A DNA stretch of 61,810 nucleotides, counting the filler, from Dugesia japonica (Eukaryota), in assembly GCA_001938525.1 (NCBI GenBank). It is 5 parts of 5 records of this genome, joined end to end, with 100 filler letters (N's around TTAATTAATTAA, not from the genome) between each part and the next. Parts side by side here need not be neighbours in the genome. Positions count along the whole stretch, not along the records: positions 39,115 to 50,263 come from MQRL01473170.1; 4 more parts are not named here. One strand, written 5' to 3'. The notes beneath the pieces were generated by a model. It did no database searches, was not told the DNA's origin, and saw nothing but the letters and a program-made list of their open reading frames with translations. Shown here piece by piece: positions 39,115-50,363 of this stretch. Within the stretch, counting starts at the first letter, position 1. Each line of letters starts with the position of its first letter. The translations under genes were made by a program, and so were the position numbers.

Positions 39115-39983
39115 GATATAATCTGTTGTGAGTGCAAGGGATAATTAGTACTTGGTGCACCTGTTATTTTAGGTATACCTATTTTACTCGAGTGTTTTAG
39201 TTCCTTGGTGGATAGTAAGGTATTCTTCTTGGCTTCTGTTTTTTGTTTTTGGGCTTTGGTATGTGACTCCTTATACAAAATCTGACTATCCTTTACTTTC
39301 TTGGCCTTCCTTTGTTTGTCAACATATTTCAAAACACCATTTTTCAATAATCTAGCTATCTTCTGTAATTCTGTTTCTGTCTTTTCCTCATTTTCTGGTT
39401 GTATATCCGTTTTTGGTTCCAGATCTTGATCTTTTTCCGTTAGTTCCCATTCCCCATTTTCTTCAGACTCAGCGTCCACGCTGAGACTTCTTTTTCGTAG
39501 TAATTACTCTAGGCTGTTTCGGGGCGGAGGATCGACTGGTTGTAACCATAATATCCGCCAATCCCATACTAGTAATATATTATGGAAATTTTCAATGGTC
39601 CTTGTGCGAGTCTCACTATAAATACTAACACAACGTTTGCATAAGGTGCTCACTGTGTCCTATGATAATGATACTTGAATTGGTAGCTCGTCGTGTATTT
39701 TCTTACATCGTTTCCTACTGGATTCATCTTGTTGTAACAACCAAAGTCTTTGGGCGGANACCTCTCGTAATGCTGATTTCAAAATAGTTTGAATTTTCCT
39801 CACGCATGTGAGACAACTCGTCTCGATTAATGTTGGTAGAACTAGACATGTTAACTGGGAGAAGTGAGCACTACTATTTTCTGCTACTGGTATGTGTGTT
39901 CCTCGTGGTATTATAGGGTACAGTGTTGTGGTACCCAATGCTTTAACCCGCTGACTTAATTGGCCTAGTACGAATACTGGTGT

Positions 39984-42956
39984 TTATGTTTTACCGAGTA
40001 TCATCATAGATTGTTGTGACAGTAACGGGTAACTGTGTGAGATATTTGGCTCCGTATTTTCTGATTTTCGTGGCCTACCCGGCCGTCTGGGCTCTGTTGT
40101 AGCTGGCGTAATACCTGTAGTCTGAGTAGATCCCTCTGTTGACGCAGCCTTTTTAGACAAGTTTGCGTGGTAGATTTTCGGTTTCTTTAATAGATTCCCT
40201 TTCCTTCGAACTTTAAGGTTAGTTTCGGTTACTTCAATCACTTTATATGGCCCTTGCTATAGTCGTTTCAATTTAGATGTCGTGCCGACACAGATGTCTG
40301 GCAGATTAATTAACACCATGTCCCCTTTCTTGAATGAGTGTTGAGCTGCATTCTTATCGTACAAATCCTTGTAACTTTCTGGATAAAATCCTACATTTTC
40401 CTTGGCCTGTTTCCATATTTTCTGCATGGTTTCTTTTAAATTTGCTGCAAAGTATATTTCATCTTGGTATTGAGTTATAGGGGTTTGAAATTCCCAGTCG
40501 ATTGGCATATTGCATTCTCTGCCGTACATAAGTCTAAATGGGGTATACTTTGTTGCTGGATGGATGCTGATACGATAGGCAAACAGGCATAGTTGGATGT
40601 GTTTATCCCAGTTATTTTGTTCCTTTTGTGCATAACTGGATAACATATTAATCTGTGTTTTATTAAAACGTTCCGTTAGTCCATCTGTTTGTGGATGATA
40701 CGGTGATGTTCGTAACTGATGTATTTTGAGGAAACTTGATATTTCTGCTAATATGTTGCTCATAAAGTTCTTTACTTGATCCGTTAGAATTTTCATTGGT
40801 GTACCATATCTACTAAAAAACATTTGTACTAGTATATCTGCTATAGTGGTTGCTTTTTGATTTTTCATTGGAAACGCTTCCGGAAATTTCGACAAGTTCA
40901 TGATTGTTAGTATATATATGTTTCTACTGATTGTTGGTGGTAATATACTTCGTATATTGCTATAATCTCCATTGGTGCTGCGGGAACGGTGATAGGTTTT
41001 AATAATGCTTTTATTCGTTTTCCTGTTCTTCTTCCGGCGGCATATTTTGACATTTGGCAATACATTCCTTTACTGATTCTGTCATGTGCGGCCAGTAATA
41101 TTTCTGCCTTAATTTCGAATCGGTTTTCTTATGAGACATATGTCCTTCTAATACCTCATTGTGGTGTTGTTCTAATATTTTGTCCCGTCTGGATCTTGGG
41201 ATAACGAGCACAGTATTCTCCCCATCCTGAGGTATTAACCAACCTTTGATAAATGCGTAATGCCCACCATTCTTCTTTAGATGTTCCTTCATCTTAGGTT
41301 TGCATTCCACTTTCTCTAGGTTGTAATTTTCCATATATTTTGTAAAGATTTGTTTTTCTTCGTCATCTACTTGCGCTTGTTTTAACCCGTCAATATTTTG
41401 AATTTCAGCTAATTTAAAATAATCCATTCCCACTTTTTTTTCAAGTAATTCCTGTAAAGTTAACGTTTCTGAGTTATCCGTTAGCTTTTTGGGTTCATCT
41501 GGTCCGCCAATTCGTGATAGACAGTCGGCATTTGAATTTGCTTTACCAGTTTTGAATTTCAATAGTGGGCAATAATCCTGCATTGCCAATTGCCATTTTG
41601 CCATTCTATTCCAACGTAACGGCTTTTGGACCATAAATGTGATAGGCAAGTGATCGGTGTATATTAACACTTTGTGGCTATGTAAGAGTGATCGAAAATG
41701 TTTAGTGGCTTTCATAATTGCCATGATCTCCCGTTTTATTGTACTGTAATTTAGTTCTGTTCCTTGGAATTTTTTGCTGAAATATGCGATCATCCTTTTT
41801 CTCTCTTGTTCGTCCAATTGCTTCAGTACTGCTTCCATTACATATCCACTAGCATCTGTAGCTATATAAATGGTTTTTTGAAATTCATATTAACTAGAAT
41901 CAGTGCAGTTAATAATTTATCGCCTAATGCTTCGAACGATTGTTGTTGTTTCGGTCCCCATATAAATGCGGTATCTTGTTTGACCAATTCTTGCATAGAT
42001 TTTGCAATTTTTGCGAAATCCTTAATGAATTTGCGATAATAATTTGTGAGACCTAAAAACTCTTGTATTTTGAGCACACAATTTGGAGGTGCTAGGTTTT
42101 GTATTTTTTCCGTATTCCTGGGATCAGGTTCTTTTCATTTGTCCGATATCAGATGTCTAAAATATGTGACCTTACATTTGGTGGGCTTTACTTTTAAATT
42201 CCATTTCCTCAATCAAATAAACACATTATGCAAGTCATTGTTATGTCCTTCAAACGTTAGCGAATATATAAGCAAGTCATTGATATAGGCCATACATTGC
42301 GAAATTTCATGTGTTACATAGTTCATCATTCGTTGAAACGATNCTGGTGCGTTAGTTAGTCCAAACGGNATACGGATGAATTGATACAGATCTTTACCGG
42401 TGGAGAATGCTGTTTTTTCTCTATCTTCTGTCTTTATTTGGATTTGCCAGTACCCACTTCGTAAATCCAAGGTGGTAAATATTCTGGCATCACACAGTAA
42501 TTGTAGTAATTCGTTGATGTCTGGTAACGAATCCGTATCTTTTTTAGTTTGTGCATTTAGTCGTCTATAATCTATACAAAATCGTTGTGTCCCGTCTTTC
42601 TTATCAACTAACACTAAGCGTGACTGACATGGTAAACAGCTAGGTTCTATCCCCCCAATTTTCACTAACTTGGCCGTTTTCTTGTTCGCAAATTCCTTTT
42701 TCTTCACAAACATTGCATATGGCTTCTGTTTGCTTGCGGCTTCGTCGGTTAATGGAATTGTGTGCATAGCAGCCGTACACATACCTAATTCTTCATTTTT
42801 CCATGCGAAGATATCCCAAAATTCCTCTAACAACTGTAAAATTGCCTGTTTTTGGTCATCCAATAGCGTTTTGGTTTCCACTTTAAATGTCCTGTCTTTT
42901 TCTGGTTCGACAATTATTTCTTCTATCTCGTCGATTTCTGGTGTTAGTGTGCCCAT
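39984..42956 (-). pseudogene. Gypsy pol: RT, RNase H, integrase, AT-hook tail
   Basis: RFCIDYRRLN, LDLRSGYWQI, PFGLTNAP, AYINDLLIYS (decayed YxDD); RNase H ATDASG, NYSTIKRE, TDHLP; integrase H..GH..YYWP, TDQ, SPYHPQTDGLTERFN; QGPYKV; RRPGRPRK. Confidence 0.95.
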
Positions 42957-43039
42957 TCTGGAGTTTGGCTTGATTGTGATACCCCTTTCGGTGAAACTGA
43001 CTAAACTAACAGGTACTTCTCCACTTTTGTAGACCGTGG

Positions 43040-43560
43040 TTACTCCTTCTGATGGGGCCAGCGCATACTGTTGTGCAAATCCATCATAAGGTTCAAAATA
43101 ACAATTCCTTTATATGCACATTTTGTGCTAACTACACAATATACTTGGCATTGGTTTGGCACCAATATGTTTTTTGCTAAGAATACCTCGTGATCCTTAA
43201 CATGAGTGTATTCTTCCAGTGATTGCAAGCGTAATGTAGAAAAGTTTAATATACCATTTTTCATCAGAATTGGGAGAATGTCTATACCCAAAATACACTG
43301 TCCTGCTATATCGACTACTATCATATTGTGCTTAATTTCATTGTCCAAATATTCCACTTCGCAGGATAGTTTGCAGAAAATTTTAAGACTACTACCATTC
43401 GCCACATCTGCCATAGTATTGGTGGGTAGTATATTTTTATATTCCGTTATTGCGATTTCCTATATTGACAATTAAGAAATTGTCGCTCCTGTGTCCAATA
43501 AAGCGGTTGTAGGTCTTCCATTTATTTTGACCAGAATTGTTAACCATGTTCCGCCCCCGA
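43040..43560 (-). pseudogene. Aspartic protease 2 plus spacer before RT
   Basis: VKINGRPTTALLDTGATIS (DTG 43487-43495), then ADVANGSSLKI..QCILGIDIL. Confidence 0.85.
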
Positions 43561-43869
43561 GACTTGCACATACCACGTCATATGGTTTGTCATTTTGATG
43601 GGTAACTTGTCGGTTTTTCTCTTTCCACTTTGGCTCTCGATCCTGAAACCTCTTCCAATCGGCTCTTATCATGGGGGATGAACTGGTAATTTGTTGGCGC
43701 TATCGACTCGGTTTAAATTGGTTATTCCCAGGTGATGATGGGTGAGTGGGTTGATTAATTGGTTGCTGATTCCATTTTGAAGGTCGATTACGTTCTATTA
43801 ATATTTTGTGCTTCTGATTACCTTGTGGCGAATATATACGACTGTTGTTTTCTCGGGTAAATAGTTTTC

Positions 43870-44200
43870 TTAAGTCTAATAACCCATCTTGGCATAAACT
43901 CGGTAAGAGGTCTAGTCCCAGTAGGCAATCAAAAGCCAATTCATTCATTATCCGCATTTTATGCCATAGTCGTATTCCATCACTTTCTATTGTATAGATT
44001 GCTTCTCATATTGGTGATATTTTTTCTCCAGATGCAGTAATGATAACTTATTTAATAATTTTTATTCTGAGCAATCGGTATTCTTCTAGTATTCTCTTGT
44101 GAATTAGAGTCATGCTTGCCCCTGTATCAATGATGGCTATTACTGATTTTCCGTCTACTTTTACCCTTTTCTGTAATAATTTTGATCTCTGGGAGATCAT
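43870..44200 (-). pseudogene. Aspartic protease 1 (directly after the glycoprotein)
   Basis: VKVDGKSVIAIIDTGASMTLI (DTG 44120-44128), then VITASGEKI..DCLLGLDLLP. Confidence 0.88.
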
Positions 44201-44299
44201 CATACATACGGTTTGGGTTTCCAGTTTGTCATCTTTGGATGTTCGATTACTTGGGGAACAAAAATTCTGGTCCATAGTTCTTCTGTCAATAACTGATAG

Positions 44300-45230
44300 G
44301 TTAACCCTGCCATAGCTTGACCAAATACTATGAACCTTCCCCAAATTTTTTGCATGACATTTTTGGTAGCTTTCTAGAAGTGATCGGCTAACAATAGTGC
44401 GTCATAATTTACACGCCCGTCTATGTTTGTTCCACTGGTTAATTGCACTATATTCGACAAAATCTGCATTTTTCGGACTGGGAACAACATATATTCCCTT
44501 GCTTTTTTTCTAGATTTTCCCTGCTGTAGATATCTCCTTTGCTTACATCAATTGGGGTGAATTGCACTCCTCCGTTCAATTGTAACATTGAAAATTTCCT
44601 GGGCTCGATCCCCACTGCCATTCGTTGCGGGAATCTTATCCACGAACCGTCCGACATTACATATTGAGGTCCAAATACATTGGAGCAGTTTATGATATTC
44701 GTTTTATAACCTAGTGGTGATATTATTCGAGTAATTGGTTGTACGTAACGTTTCTCATTGTTGTATAATCTCTATCTCATTATAACAATGTTTAGAATTG
44801 GATGAAAATTCAGCATATATGGCCTTATATTTGTACAAATACATTAGTTCTCCTACTACCCTGCCGAATTGTCCTTTTTCAAGGGGATGTAGCGGAAAGA
44901 CACTGTCCGGATTCATAACTGCCATTGCCAATTTTGTTTTTAATATTTCCTTGTCTAATGTGCAATCGTTTTGTATAAAATCATGATACATTCGTCCGAT
45001 GGTGTCCTGCATCCTGTGAAATAAGTTGTCCATTTTATTATTAGCGTAGAGATGTAATTTGATATTCTGTGACCTCAAAGCTGACTGTGCTGTTTTTTTA
45101 CGATGTTCTGATACGAATATTCCTTTATAATTCGTTTTGTACACTATCTGTCCACACTTTGACATGGAATGTCCTTTGATTAAACGTATTGTCTCATCTT
45201 GTTCCGAGGACATTTGTACAGTGGGAGTCG
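44300..45230 (-). pseudogene. Chuvirus/herpes gB-like envelope glycoprotein, C-terminal half
   Basis: KCGQIVYKTNYKGIFVSE, NIKLHLYANNKMD, MYHDFIQNDCTLDKEIL, MNPD, GQFGRVVGELMYLYK, HCYNEI, YVQPITRII, NCSNVFGPQY..DGSW, GDIYSRENLEK, QKIWGRFIVFGQAMAG. Collinear with 28454-29430. Confidence 0.8.
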
Positions 45231-45239
45231 CTTGCTAAT

Positions 45240-47700
45240 GGTAATTATGTGATTGAGGGCCTGCCTCTATCGTTTTCTTTATATCGTCTATCCTATCCTA
45301 CAAGTTGCCTTCGTTTGGGGCTTTGCCGATGGGTGCAATGGCTCGTTGTCTTTGATATTTGTTAAACAACGCTTCTTTTAAATGAGCTAGTTTCCAACCT
45401 TTATGTTGTTTTATTAATGGTACAATTTTATTCTGCATTAGATCCACTATAGGTAGTTTACTGAGAATAAGGTTTTTTGACGGCTTGCTTCTAGCTATGG
45501 ACAGATCGATACTACTATCCTTTCTTTTGGTGGCTGATCTTGTAATAATTCATCCAATACTCCTTCTAAGTTATCTTTCGTACGATGGCTAGTGCCTTTA
45601 TTAGCGGGGAATTTTTTGATGACTACTTCCAATTCCTTTGCCAATGGTCTGAGATTATCGGATAATTGAAATTTTCCAATCCATATTTTTAACTCTGGAT
45701 ATAGTATTAGTAATAATTGGCGTATTACTACCTCGGTCGGCATGTCATCTTCCACTGAATTTCCGCTGTATCTCTCTTGTGATACCGCTGGTAGTCGCTT
45801 AGTTTGATGATTTACTGATGCTGTCAATTTTTTCTGTTTTAACGCCTCTTCCTCTTTTGGTTTTCCCGGAAGTTTTGTTCTAGGTCTACCCTTACTTCTA
45901 AGTTCGGTAATTGTTTCTGCATCCACTATTGTTCGTGCTAGTTTAGGTGGTATCTCTTCTTCCTCCGTTTTCATAGGATTTTCCATTTTTAAAGGGTGGT
46001 TTGAATTTATTAAGTAATCCATTATCGAGGATGGAAATTTTTTTGCTATTTTACTCAGTATTGGTGACAGTTGTTGTTCTTCTAACTCATCTTTCTCGTC
46101 TCAATCTACTTTACTAGGATCATATTTTATACTTCGTGTTGGCTCTTTTCTTGTTGGAGGTGAGTATCTTATGATTTGTAGTTTGTTACCAATTTCTGAT
46201 AATTCATACGTTGAGATTGATCCAAATTTTTCGCGTTGTGCAGCCATAGAGGTTCCTTTTGTTTCTCGTGAGGTTTCCGTACTCCTGGATTGGTCAGTGG
46301 TAGGTCTTAATATCTGGCTAGCAGCTAGTTGCGTACGATGCTTCTATGCTTTTGCGTACCTGAGGTTTCCCCCATTTTTGGTCTTGTTTTTGTCAGCTGC
46401 CTTAAAGGGATCTGCCTTCTTCCGAGTGAGTGTGCCTCTTAGTTCTGGAAAAATCCATAACGTATTAGGCTTGATTAAATCTATCTTCACTAGCCAAATT
46501 AGTATAGTCTCTTCCACTACTCCGTCTTCATCCAGGAGTTTATATGGTGGTTTAAATGACAATTTATCCCGCAAGTACTTTATTGTATTATATACGGGTA
46601 TCTTAACCGAAGTTTTGTCTCCTTCCGGGTCGATTATTCTGAATTTAATTTCTAATAGAGTGGCTTGTTCCATTTCCACTTTCCGCCATTTGACCAAAAT
46701 TTTATTAAACTAAATGGGGTCCCATATATGAGACACTTTGTCAGCCAAAACTAGTTGGCATCGTTTTCTGAGATCTTCTACAGCCACTTCTTATATTGGA
46801 CCTTCTTATGATTTCTGGTTTTATTAATTTATCTTCCATTAGTAGTTCGAATAAATTTGGTAAATTATCTTCCGGTTTTTCATCTTTAATTGGGGTATTA
46901 GTCAGAGCTGCCACCATTTCCACCCGTTGTTTACCTTGTTCTTGTCGGGTAATTTTTGCCCTTGCAAATACTAATGGGTGTATTTTTTCCACATAATACT
47001 CGACGATTTCACGAGTTTCTTGTTTCCATTTTCTTCGAGACTCGTGGTCAACTAACAGTTTACTCCTTAGCTGTTACATATATTTTTAATTTAGTACCCG
47101 GCCAAACTCTCATGTATTTCACTGGTAGCCTCATTTGCTCCGGCTCGATTACCTGATTGTAATAGATAACTATATCGTCTTCTTGTAATAATGGCAACTG
47201 TTTTGACTCCTCCTCGTCATGTATTCGTTGTTTATTCATGAATTTTATAATCCTTTTTCGCAATTTAGGCCATGGGTTGTTCATTTGTATCTGCCAATGG
47301 GTTTCACTTTCATCGAGAAATCTGATTATTATGGAGACCTCCTCATTAGTCAGCATTTGTACCGTCTTATATAATACTGCATCTATTAAATCCTCTCGCA
47401 TCAGACTTATAGCTCGTAGCTGATTTAATGTCATGATTAACTGTATGACTTTGTCATCCCTTAATAGTTCCAAGTTCTCGTTGAGGGTCAACAATATTTT
47501 CATTATTACTCAAGCCAGACTTCCCTAGGTTTTGCTATCCACCCACAGCTCGATATTTATCTCCATTTCCTTATCGTCGATTTCTTCAAACAGTTTACCG
47601 CTATTGATCTCTTGTTTGCATAGATCATACAATTGTTGTAGGACTTCCTCCATGGATTTTACTGGTCTTGGGGTGAAATAAATAAATAATTTCGCCTCAT
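45240..47700 (-). pseudogene. Large accessory/gag-like ORF of the element (about 800 aa, broken)
   Basis: Consecutive ORFs 47525-47755, 47060-47503, 46741-46992, 46344-46697 and 45495-46022 on one strand, with ubiquitin-like and SCAN-like segments. Confidence 0.6.
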
Positions 47701-47749
47701 TTAAATAAAAAAAAGTGGTGCCATGCGGACCTATGAAGAATAGAAGTCT

Positions 47750-47942
47750 GGTCAATCAAATTGTTGGAAACATGTGTGTAACCAATCAAATTGAAGCCCC
47801 AAAAAATGCACCAATTACGTAATCACACACCTAACATTTCGACCAATCAAATTGCAGGAAACATGTGTGCGGCCAATCAAATTGAAGCATGAAAAAAAGG
47901 TGTCTAAAGAAAAGTATGTGGGGCCGTGTGCTACTATCTACC
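47750..47942. mobile_element. Probable Polinton/Maverick terminal inverted repeat fragment
   Basis: Repeated CCAATCAAATTG..GGAAACATGTGTG units ending ...GTGCTACTATCTAC (reverse complement GTAGATAGTAG, a Polinton-type terminal microsatellite). Confidence 0.5.
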
Positions 47943-49249
47943 TTCTCTTTACGCGTAAAAGATTTAAAAGTAAAAATATATGTAATTATTGATGCTCACC
48001 ACTAGTTTTACCTCAGAACAGAATAGGTGTGAAGAAAATCTAGATCTAAGGTGTGAAATTTCATTTTTTATATTAATGTGTGAAACATCATGCATAAAAA
48101 ACATTCAGATTGTGAAAGTTCAGTATTTACATCAAGGTGTGAAAATTCACGNATAAAAAAATTTATATAATAACAATATTTTTATATTGTACTGCACAAT
48201 GCGCCAGTTATCAATTTCAATTGTTTATATTAAAAGTTGAACCACTTCCGCCCGTGTCCGCAAGTATCCACCTACTCATTTTACAGGGTCTTTGTCATAA
48301 TTCCCAGAGAATTTTTGAATTTTATGGGTTAATAATTTCCTATGCATTGATGAGTTAACAGTTTTGAACAGCGGTTTTGGTAACTATTTTGAAAGAATTG
48401 CGTGCTAGGCTTTGAGAATTGGGTTGCATAATCCAATTCCTAATCTTCAAATTGACATACATTCACTTTTAAATTTATTTTAATCGTATTTTTTTGGATT
48501 GATTACGTAACATATTTTATTGGTCAGTATGTAAACAATTTCCTTTTTATTTTACTGCAGTAACTGATGATGGACACAGATTTGTCCAAAGCATGTATTA
48601 CGAATAAATGTTTTAAAAAATGCGTTTTTGCATTATATATATATATATATATAAACGAAGTTCATACATTATGTTACCATGATTCCAAATCTCTTTAATA
48701 TTTTTAACATTTTAATTTTAGATAATAAACATCAATCATGAACAATAAAGTGAACAATAAAAGAAGATTCAATGAAGTAGCTAAGATATATTAATTAATT
48801 TAATTTAATTTGATTTTAGTATTTTCGAAATAATAACATCCGATTTTATGATAACAACAGATTTCATGCACACGGTTTTCAAAAAAAACGGTGAAAGATA
48901 ATTTTTAAAGAGATTAGAATGATTTAAATTGAAATAATTTTTAAATGTAATTTTTTGTGTAATAATTTAATTTTGATTACATAAATATAGTAACTTAATT
49001 TGATAACGATACTAATTTTTTAAAATTAAATTTTTTAACAAGAAACCATGGAATAGATTTTAAAGATACATTTTAATGATGCTTTTTGAAATTTATATGT
49101 TTAATGTTAAAAAGTAAAAATTTAATGTTGATTTTGAAATGAAAGTATTTATTTTAGGATACTAAAGTAATTTTTTTAAATGTTTGAGATTGCAATGTTT
49201 TATGTTACTATAGTAACCATTTATTTGTATATAGTTTTAATAATTATAT

Positions 49250-50262
49250 GGATAGCCCAGTGATGTATGTTTGTAAGTTTGTATGTTTACACATGATGCT
49301 CAATATTATTCATAAAATTACAATAGATTTTAAGAATTGTGATTTTTTTATTATGCCTTTTAATATTTTCAATTAATATATTCAAAATCAAGTGGTGTAT
49401 GTTTGCTTATTTTTTTGTTTTTGCGTGATGCTCAATAATATTCAACAAATTTCAAAAATTGTGATTTTTTAATTTAGGTTATAAATTTCAATCATCATCA
49501 TATTTATATGAAAAGCCCATTTGTGCATGTTTGTTTGTCTGTATGTTTATGCGTCATTATAATTCAAAGATTTTGACTTTTTAATTATACCTTTTAAAAT
49601 TTTCAATTAATATATTCAAACCCCATTTTATTTGTTTCTTTCTTTGTTTTTGCATGATGCTCAATATTTTTCGACAAATTTTAAAAAATTGTTTTTTTAT
49701 AGGTTTGAAAATTTTAATAATAATATTAAAAACCCAGTAGTGTATATTTGTTTATTTGAAATTTTATTAACGTTTATAAAACTTTTAAAATTTAATGAAA
49801 TTTATAAAGAAAATGACCAAGAAAAGTAATCAGAAATGATTTGCCTCATTGATGATAATTTTAAAAATTTTAATGGAAATTTTCAATCTTTCAACGAAAT
49901 TTATTTTAAAAAAGAACAAGAAAAATTTATGAAAGCAGATAATTTAAAAAATGAAAATAAAACATTTATAAATTTTGAAAATAATACCCATATGATGAAG
50001 TTTTAAAAATCAAAACTAATGATACAGATTTATAAATATTTTGTTAAAAATTTTTATTAAAGAATAAAAATTTTAATTAATATATTTTATAAAGCTTTTA
50101 AAATTTTCAATTATATATATTTAATTATTAATATATTAAAGACCCAATGGTGTATGTTTGTTTACACATTATGATCAATATTATTCATAAAATTTCAAAA
50201 AAATTCAAAAATTGTGATTTTTTATTATAAATTTTAAAATTTTCAAGTAATATATTAAAAAC
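49250..50262. repeat. Degenerate tandem repeat, about 105-130-bp units
   Basis: Units start near 49256, 49388, 49516, 49621, 49733 and 50143 with CCCA.TG.TGTATGTTTG...TGATGCTCAATA...AAAAATTGTGATTTTT. Confidence 0.7.
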
Positions 50263-50263
50263 C

Positions 50264-50363
50264 NNNNNNNNNNNNNNNNNNNNNNNNNNNNNNNNNNNNN
50301 NNNNNNNTTAATTAATTAANNNNNNNNNNNNNNNNNNNNNNNNNNNNNNNNNNNNNNNNNNNN
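50264..50363. other. Artificial contig spacer
   Basis: N44-TTAATTAATTAA(50308-50319)-N44. Confidence 0.95.

Larger units (their letters stand above)
39115..47700 (-). mobile_element. Large Ty3/Gypsy element (copy 2): accessory ORF, gB/chuvirus-like glycoprotein, PR1, PR2, RT, RH, IN, signal-peptide module; degenerate
   Basis: Near-continuous chain of minus-strand ORFs over about 8.5 kb, with the domains listed in the separate features below. Confidence 0.88.

Noticed and set aside
46171-46713. 180-aa plus-strand ORF and the many other plus-strand ORFs over the minus-strand elements
   Set aside because: Antisense shadows of minus-strand coding regions with no recognisable motifs.
47060-47503. 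Possible CARD/death-fold domain
   Set aside because: Only a generic amphipathic-helix pattern; too weak to call without a profile search.
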